Shown here: positions 39,601-60,000 of the stretch, one piece after another
Layout: each line of letters starts with the position of its first letter
How positions within the stretch are numbered: the first letter of the stretch is position 1
From: Lytechinus pictus
Lineage: Eukaryota
Assembly (NCBI RefSeq): GCF_037042905.1
Contig: NC_087246.1
Coordinates: 3,288,001-3,348,000, forward strand
Direction of reading: 5' to 3'
DNA length: 60,000 nucleotides
Notes under the pieces: generated by a model
Told to the model about the DNA's origin: nothing
Databases searched by the model: none
What the model saw: only the letters and a program-made list of their open reading frames with translations
Program-made: the position numbers and the translations under genes

Positions 39601-42600
39601 TTTACAAACTTTCTGCAGTATTTTGAAGTTGTAGCCAGGTGAGACATCAAATGCATGTGTGTAGTTGTGGAGTGTGTTTTTGTGGGGCAGTTTCACAAAG
39701 CCAGAAGTACGAAGTACGTTGTACGCTGATGGAGATTTAGCATGAAGGGCGATACACAGCCTCACCATTGCAGGATGCCATCGCATCTGCCGGGCATTTT
39801 TTGAGGAGGCAGCCTTTTTCTGTTCATCCCAAAAAAGTCTGGCAGGTGACCCCTCTGGAAAATTACATGAAACATCAGGATTCTCTCGGACAATTGCTTG
39901 AAACGCTTTGTGTTGGCTCTTTGGGAGTTCTTCTCCATCCTGCTGAATAAGATTTTTCAGTTCCTTCTTAGCGGTAGATAGCTGTTTCTTTACATTTTTC
40001 TTCTCTTGTGTTACTGATTGAAGTCTCTGTTTCAGTTCCGGTTTTGACATGTATTTTTGGGGTTTGTGCACTGATGTATGGGCTACATGTATGTCCTTTT
40101 TTTTCCCCATTCTTGTCCGGACGGCAGCCAAATCGCTCCTGTAAATACGGCAAACAGGACATCTCCCTGGTTCATTGAGCAAAACCGGACAATCGTTGTG
40201 CCGAATAGTTCTGGCCAAGTCATTTACTGATGGATGAAAATATATGGGTCTGGCAGAAATCTCTTCCTCGGGCAGGTCTGCAAAGTCCTGATTCCCTGTG
40301 CACACATGGAGGGTCTTGAATGTATCCAGGAAAGGTGAGAGTGTGTCAGCGGTTAAGATTGATGGATATGGCCGTAGGAGTTCGTTGTCACACACATCTT
40401 TGCCATAAACTTTCACCCGCCATTTACCATCTGCCATTATCGTTGCCATCTTACGCGAGTCACCTTCATTGTCAAGTTCCACAATCAGTACTCTGTCGCT
40501 TCTTTTCTCTGAGCACATCTCATGCTTACTTGCATATCCTTTCACTTTTTCTAAAAAAGTTATGCTTGGCTGGTGGATTTTGCAGACATCACAATTTTTA
40601 GAATGCTGACAGAATTCTACCACTTTGATATTGGCCTCGGCTAGTTGTTTCTTTTTGTTTTTTTCCTTCCAGCGGGTAAGTTTTTTGGCACACAAATCGC
40701 AGATGGAAGGAGGATGAACTGAAACATCATCATCATCGAATGAAATCTGAAGGCACTTAATCAGAGTCAAGGACCATTTTTCCTTTGGTTGGTAGCGGCG
40801 GGATGGTTCGCAACACCCACACAGTCGACAAATATTTTTCAATCTGCCTTTGTGGATTTCCATTGGATCTGCATGAGGAAGATAAAGGGGAAAACAATTT
40901 TTTTGAATTCTATATTGAAATTTTACATGTACACTGTATTGTAGGTTCTACATCTTATAAGGCCCTGAAAAGTTAATTACTTCTTGTTGATTTTTCTGGG
41001 GTACCCGATTATTGTCAGCTTGACAGCAAAGGCGATTGAGTTTAGAGTTCACTTAGATTGGATTCAATTTTATGTCAAATATTGAAACAAGTTTTGTTCA
41101 TACTGCAGAAGTTAATTCACATTTTTATTTTCTTTAACATTGTGCCTGGTCTGGTTTGTTCATAATGTGGTTGGGTCGCTGGAAGATCCAAGGGGGGGGG
41201 GGGTAGCCTAGAGGAATCTGTGATTTTTTAAAGGATTTTTATATCATCATTTCATCACGGAGCCTAGATGTGCATATGGGACTGTGCCTAGCGAAGATGA
41301 TACACAAGAAGGGAATTCCCTTCATATTTAAGTCTTATTTAAGATTAGAACTAGCGATCCTTTTAGCTCCATGTGTAGACTAAAATTTTATTAAATTGCA
41401 TACCTTTATACGTCCTAAAGCGTATAAAGGTATGATAGTTTCCCCCCAAAAAATAAGAAAAATGAGAGGTTTCTTACAAGACCGATGTCGTGTATCCATT
41501 GGCATTAGTAAACACTGCAAATACAATAGGCTTGACACTTTAACTGCTTCGATGAGCTATGTTACGAAGTGCTGTTTTGAAGAACAATTCATAGATCAAA
41601 ATTATTATTTATGAAATAATACGATTCAAATTTGATTGTATATAATTTTTATAAAAATAATCATTATTTACAATAAACATCTAAATTTTATTATTTTATA
41701 ATTCCCTTCTTGTGTATATCTCCAGGCAGTCCCATATGCATGTCCAGGCTCCGTGATGAAATGAAAATAACCAAAAAAAATAATAAAATATCATCACAGA
41801 GTCCTCTAGAGTCTAGGCTGGGGGGGGTTAAAGCTGGCCCCCCCCCCCCATTTTGAGAGGCACAATTGAAATTTGTAATGTAAAAATGCTTTTAAAACAG
41901 AAGTGTGCCCTGCCCCCGCCCCCTTTGAAAGTCAAGATTTTTTTTTTTGCGTAGATGAAATGTCCTTTATTTTCTTTTGTTGAATTTGAAAACCCTTTTT
42001 TTTGGGGGGGGGGGGGGCTTGTCAATTTTTTTCCTCAGGAAAATGTACTCCCCCCCCCCCTGGGTTGGGTTCATATCAAGTGTACACATGCACATCAATT
42101 CAACATTAATTTAGACTCTTGTCTATCATGACTAGGATAAGAAGAGCTCTAATTTATAAATGCTTCTCGGTAGAATGGGAAGATGTGTTGTGTTGGAAGC
42201 TCCTTGGTCCCACATACTGGAGTTGGTGTGAGTTAGAATTCAATAACCTAGGCTTTGCCTTTACTATTAGTTTAGATTGACGAGACATCGAACACGGCAT
42301 TCAAAACAATGCCTTAAATCACATTACCCGTGGTTTATTTCTACATTTAACAATGCAAAACGCAAAACAAACGTGTGAACTACGGATTATATGCCAAAAC
42401 TCGGGACATGCGAGAGCGAGAGTGGACAACCATTACCGAAAATCTGACTGAACAAGCCTTCGAAAATTGTCTTTTTTGAAGTTGGCCGCGGCTGGCCGTA
42501 CTGCTCATGAATGTGTCTGTGAAGACGAGACTTCAAGCTTTAAATTCATATATCTCACATCAGGAGGAAATTTGCGGGATTTTATTTACAGTAAATATAA

Positions 42601-42652
42601 GATAGCTCATTATATATTCATAAAAAACAATATCATATCATAACTCACCCAT
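36634..42652 (-). CDS. P-element/THAP9-family DDE transposase with RAG1-N-terminal-like zinc domain (6 exons, ~867 aa)
   Basis: Exons 42649-42652 (ATGG), 39067-40868, 38351-38518, 37836-38039, 37281-37413 and 36634-36926 are all GT-AG and in frame (2604 nt). Motifs: HTH (SPSAYNVLR..LP), VVFDEMKI (D), FVSDGASTNR (D), DAPHLLK..RNN, GTP-binding insertion (RMRVSLAAQVLS, FFDCLN), SQDPLEEYF..R..GG..DNP (E). Confidence 0.92.
41204..41820. mobile_element. MITE nested in transposase intron 1
   Basis: Inverted arms TTTCATCACGGAGCCTAGATGTGCATATGGGACTG (~41250-41284) / CAGTCCCATATGCATGTCCAGGCTCCGTGATGAAA (~41727-41761), with outer CTAGAGGAATCTGTGAT / ATCACAGAGTCCTCTAG. Confidence 0.65.
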
Positions 42653-42659
42653 TTTTGGT

Positions 42660-42946
42660 CCGATTTTCGTGATTTTTTTTGGAGAACGAAGAGGAGAGCA
42701 GATCGAGTAGATTGAACGTTAATGCGCATGCGCCAGAAGTACCCCTGCACACTGCGCATGCACTGAGCGGCCCAGCTCGATGGCTAGCTTCGATCAAGGA
42801 GCTTCATACAACAGAACGAGCGGCATCGAACTCGCAGATAAAAGGAGGGGGAATGGGACCCTAGGGACGTCGTTATCGCTCAGATATCTTAACTTTCTCC
42901 TTGCTCGCTTATCGCTTGGAATGCTGTGGTTTTTCCCCTGACCTCA
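42660..42946 (-). promoter_or_regulatory. Putative transposase promoter in the right subterminal region
   Basis: CpG-rich stretch directly upstream of the ATGG exon, with two NRF1-type TGCGCATGC motifs (42723-42733, 42753-42761). Confidence 0.4.
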
Positions 42947-42958
42947 GCGTTGTTTCTC

Positions 42959-43096
42959 CATGTGGTGTTTATTTGCCTTTCCCCCGGGTCTATCCCACAA
43001 CCCTCACCCCGGCTCTCTCTTCTCCCCCCTCCCCCTTTTCTCTCTCTCTCTCCCTCTCTCACACTATACTTCTCCCTCTCTATTTGTCGTTCCTTT
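42959..43096 (+). repeat. Copy of left-flank DNA inserted within the right TIR
   Basis: Identical to 29478-29615. It starts at a CATGTG microhomology and ends inside the TSD (CTTT). Confidence 0.95.
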
Positions 43097-43607
43097 GTGT
43101 TGGAAGCTCCTTGCTTTTATTATGCATAACCATGATAACCCTCTGTGCTTTTTTCTCTCTGTATCTCTGTATTGCTGTGATAATTATATAATGGTGTGTC
43201 ATAGTATTCGCTTCTTAATTTCTTTTAAGATTTTTTAATGGATCTTAATCAATAAACTTGAACTTAAACATGTTAAATGTCTGAATTTAATAATTTTCTA
43301 CTACTGCAATAAAAAGGGATGGGGAATGGCAAATGCTTGATTTAAAATAATGAACGTAAAATATCTACTCACACTTAACCAGAAAAGTAGGCCTATATTC
43401 ACTTTCAGGAGTCTCAGCCATTTCATTATTATCATACTTTGTATAATAACGTCTTTTCTGGCAGCTCTGATATTAAAACGCAATATTTATGATAGAACCT
43501 GAACAAACATAAACTGAATCCACATAAAATATGATAACTTTTAATTCACTCTTATTATGATTTGATGTAAATCTTAAAGCACGATGTAATGTCTGTGAGG
43601 CCTGTCT

Positions 43608-43782
43608 TATACCTCAGTCACATTTGCTCTACGGCAGCCGTACTGCGAGTCGAAAACAGCCGTTTTATTCATTTTTACTAAAACCACCTATTATTATGTA
43701 GCTGGTACAAACTAAATTAATGTTAAAACGGCTGTTTTCGACTCGCCGTACGGCCGCCGTAGAACAATGTGACCAAGGTATA
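43608..43782. mobile_element. Palindromic MITE
   Basis: ATACCTCAGTCACATT...GCGAGTCGAAAACAGCCGTTTTA / TAAAACGGCTGTTTTCGACTCGC...AATGTGACCAAGGTAT, forming ~60-bp arms. Confidence 0.75.
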
Positions 43783-45333
43783 AATGGGATTGCACATCAG
43801 ATGAAATGCTATTGATATAAGCTAATTGTCATCCGCTGTAACATAAAGTAGTATGATTTATACGTAAAACTCTTCAAAACTCTAAAGTACCACTACTTTA
43901 TACATAAGACAAACACATACCGGAATGGAAATGATTATGATTCACAAATATTCTCATTAAAATATTGCACTTAACATAGCTAATTCCAGATTGTTCCACA
44001 CACTTTTGGAATTTAGAGAACTAGATACACAATTGACACATTAATGTATATTTTAGTGTAATAAATATTCATCTCCAGAATAATTTGATATCAGGAAAGC
44101 TTATAAACTGGAATTAATTACTATTAGGCAAATTAACTATGCCACGTTGTAAGAAGGAAAAATAGACAATGCAGAGAGCATGACCAAAGACCACATGTCT
44201 TCAATGATTCTAGTTCTTCAGTTTTGGTTGCAATCCAATTAGGCTAAACATTAATCTTGATTGGCATACATTATGTTGTATAAATACATTTGAAGGCCAC
44301 AATGTATCATTTATTCAGAAAGTAATTTTTCGGGGGGTGGCATGTTTGGCATTTTTGTTTCCATTGTCTACCACACTTAGCTTAAAACCTGTGGATCGTT
44401 GCATTTGAAGGATAGTTAAACCGGTAAATAAAATAATTCGCTTCATCCATATAGCCAGCAATCAATAGAAGAAATATTTAAAAGAAATTACATCACATCT
44501 TTAAAATAATGCAAAATATTCTACCCGTGATGATTTCAATATTGAATCATTGCAAGTCGGGTTTACACAGTCTTTTTGTCAACCAAGTATAAATCAAACA
44601 GGGAAATAAATAGACAGCAATATACAGCATTGTCAATGCCCCTACAAGCGGATAGTCCGAATATATATCTTAGGATGATTACAGCAAAAAGGATTAAACG
44701 AAAATATAATGATTTAAACTATTCGATTAGGAGAAATAATGTATATGGAAATCAAACAAAATAACAATTACTAAATAATTGGAAACATTTGGCATCACAT
44801 GAGAAATGTACATACAGTGTCTGTGATTATGTAACATTGAAGGGGAACGAGTATCTAAATTTGATCTCCTTTTTAGTGGTAGAGAGTAAAAAATAAGGCT
44901 ATCAGTTTCATAACATGGTAATTATTGTTTACGTTGTTTTGTGGGATTATGAACTGTTTGTTTTTTGTGCCTCTAATTTCGGAGGGTATATGGTATTTTT
45001 TTTTTTTTTTGGGGGGGGGGGACAATAATTACTCCAATCAGCTCAATGATGGTTAATCCCCGAATTTCTTTACCACACAGGATGTTTTCTATGGTCATAA
45101 TCTTGCACAAAGATTCAAGGTGAAAAAAATGAAATAAAAACAAACGTTCAACCAGGGAAGTGTTATAGACACTTCCCTGGTTCAACGAGCGTCATGTAAA
45201 TCTGCCATCATTAGTAGTGAGAGAATGACGTCATCTTAAAATCATCTCCCCCTCCCTATCAAACACACTGGTATCGTCCATTTGTCAAATAAAACCTTTA
45301 CTCTTATGCTAATTGAAAGTATTATGTTTTACA

Positions 45334-59366
<14,033 letters not shown>

Positions 59367-60000
59367 ATTCGTCAGCTTTGATTTCTAATTAAAACATCGA
59401 ATACAGACAGCTTAACGATGGCTAATTGCCAAAGACAAAAACTGAAGACTACACCCTTGTTGAGTTATCTAAAGGTCATAACAGTTCATGCTTATATATC
59501 CACTTTAGGGCATGATTCTTGAAAGATTCCATCCGTTAGCAGGTTTAATAGACAATTTCTGTTTCAAGTACCGACTCAGAAGGTTTCATTGAATGATCTT
59601 CTTTTTTCCAATCCAATTATCAGCGTTTCCATAGCATGTTTCCTTCTTTGGGTGTTATCGACTTTAATAATTATCTATTGTTTTCGACGACCACCACAGA
59701 CATGACAAAAGACAACAGCGACAGTGATTTCCTTTTTTATAATCAACAAAATTATTCAATGTTGAAACCATTTAAGTCGTTCAATCCACAACAAACACAA
59801 TTGTATAAAGTTTAAAGCCGGGCAGAGTTATTCAAGAAAAGCAACACAAAATATTCAAGTTTCATCTTCGAGACTATTATTCCTCATGTTCTGGACGCAA
59901 TTATACCTTGTAAGAATAATATAGACTCATCCTCTCATCCTCTTGTTTTGTCACAGCCCTTGTTACCAATTGGTTTGGTTTGTCTGCGCCGCTCGCTCGG

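Larger units (their letters stand above)
29619..43113. mobile_element. 13.5-kb two-gene P-superfamily DNA transposon
   Basis: Left TIR CAAG(AAG)GAGCTTCCAACACATGGAGAAACAACGC (29619-29653). The right TIR is split into GCGTTGTTTCTCCATGTG (42947-42964) and GTGTTGGAAGCTCCTTG (43097-43113). 7-bp TSD CTTTTAT (29612-29618, 43114-43120), CA..TG termini, and an internal P-type transposase. Confidence 0.9.

Noticed and set aside
29818..42652. Bona fide RAG1L-RAG2L (ProtoRAG) locus
   Set aside because: The catalytic core has P/THAP9 motifs, not Transib/RAG1 motifs. No RING, kelch repeats or RSS-like heptamer are visible.
29638..42962. CATGGAGAAACAACGC 16-bp inverted repeat as the true termini
   Set aside because: No TSD flanks these positions. 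The TSD and the footprints place the ends at 29619 and 43113.
29478..43096. 138-bp direct repeats as LTRs or KolobokP-type long terminal direct repeats
   Set aside because: The left copy lies outside the TSD and the right copy interrupts the TIR. The enzyme is P-type, with no RT/integrase or His-Me nuclease. A repair duplication explains it better.

Overview
AT-rich, repeat-dense metazoan genomic DNA with GT-AG introns. The repeat landscape resembles an echinoderm such as a sea urchin (inference only). Two coding systems are well supported. (1) An 11-exon cyclic-nucleotide-gated channel alpha-type subunit gene on the minus strand (45334-59366, about 862 aa). (2) A 13.5-kb P-superfamily DNA transposon (29619-43113) with an approximately 32-bp TIR and a 7-bp TSD CTTTTAT, carrying two intact, spliced, convergent genes. 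The first is an approximately 867-aa DDE transposase whose N-terminus resembles the RAG1 N-terminal/Chapaev zinc domain rather than THAP, and which ends soon after the catalytic Glu. The second is an approximately 513-aa protein with an N-terminal PHD finger and a YVAGY...RGGL region resembling the C-terminal domain missing from the transposase. This looks like a split two-component P transposase in a RAG1/RAG2-like tail-to-tail layout. The right TIR is interrupted 17 nt from its end by a 138-bp copy of the left flank, and TIR-derived excision footprints lie inside the element. The rest of the window is non-autonomous DNA transposons (Kolobok-, hAT-, Academ-, Harbinger- and Helentron-like), SINE/LINE fragments and satellites. 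All family assignments come from motif recognition by eye; no database searches were run.
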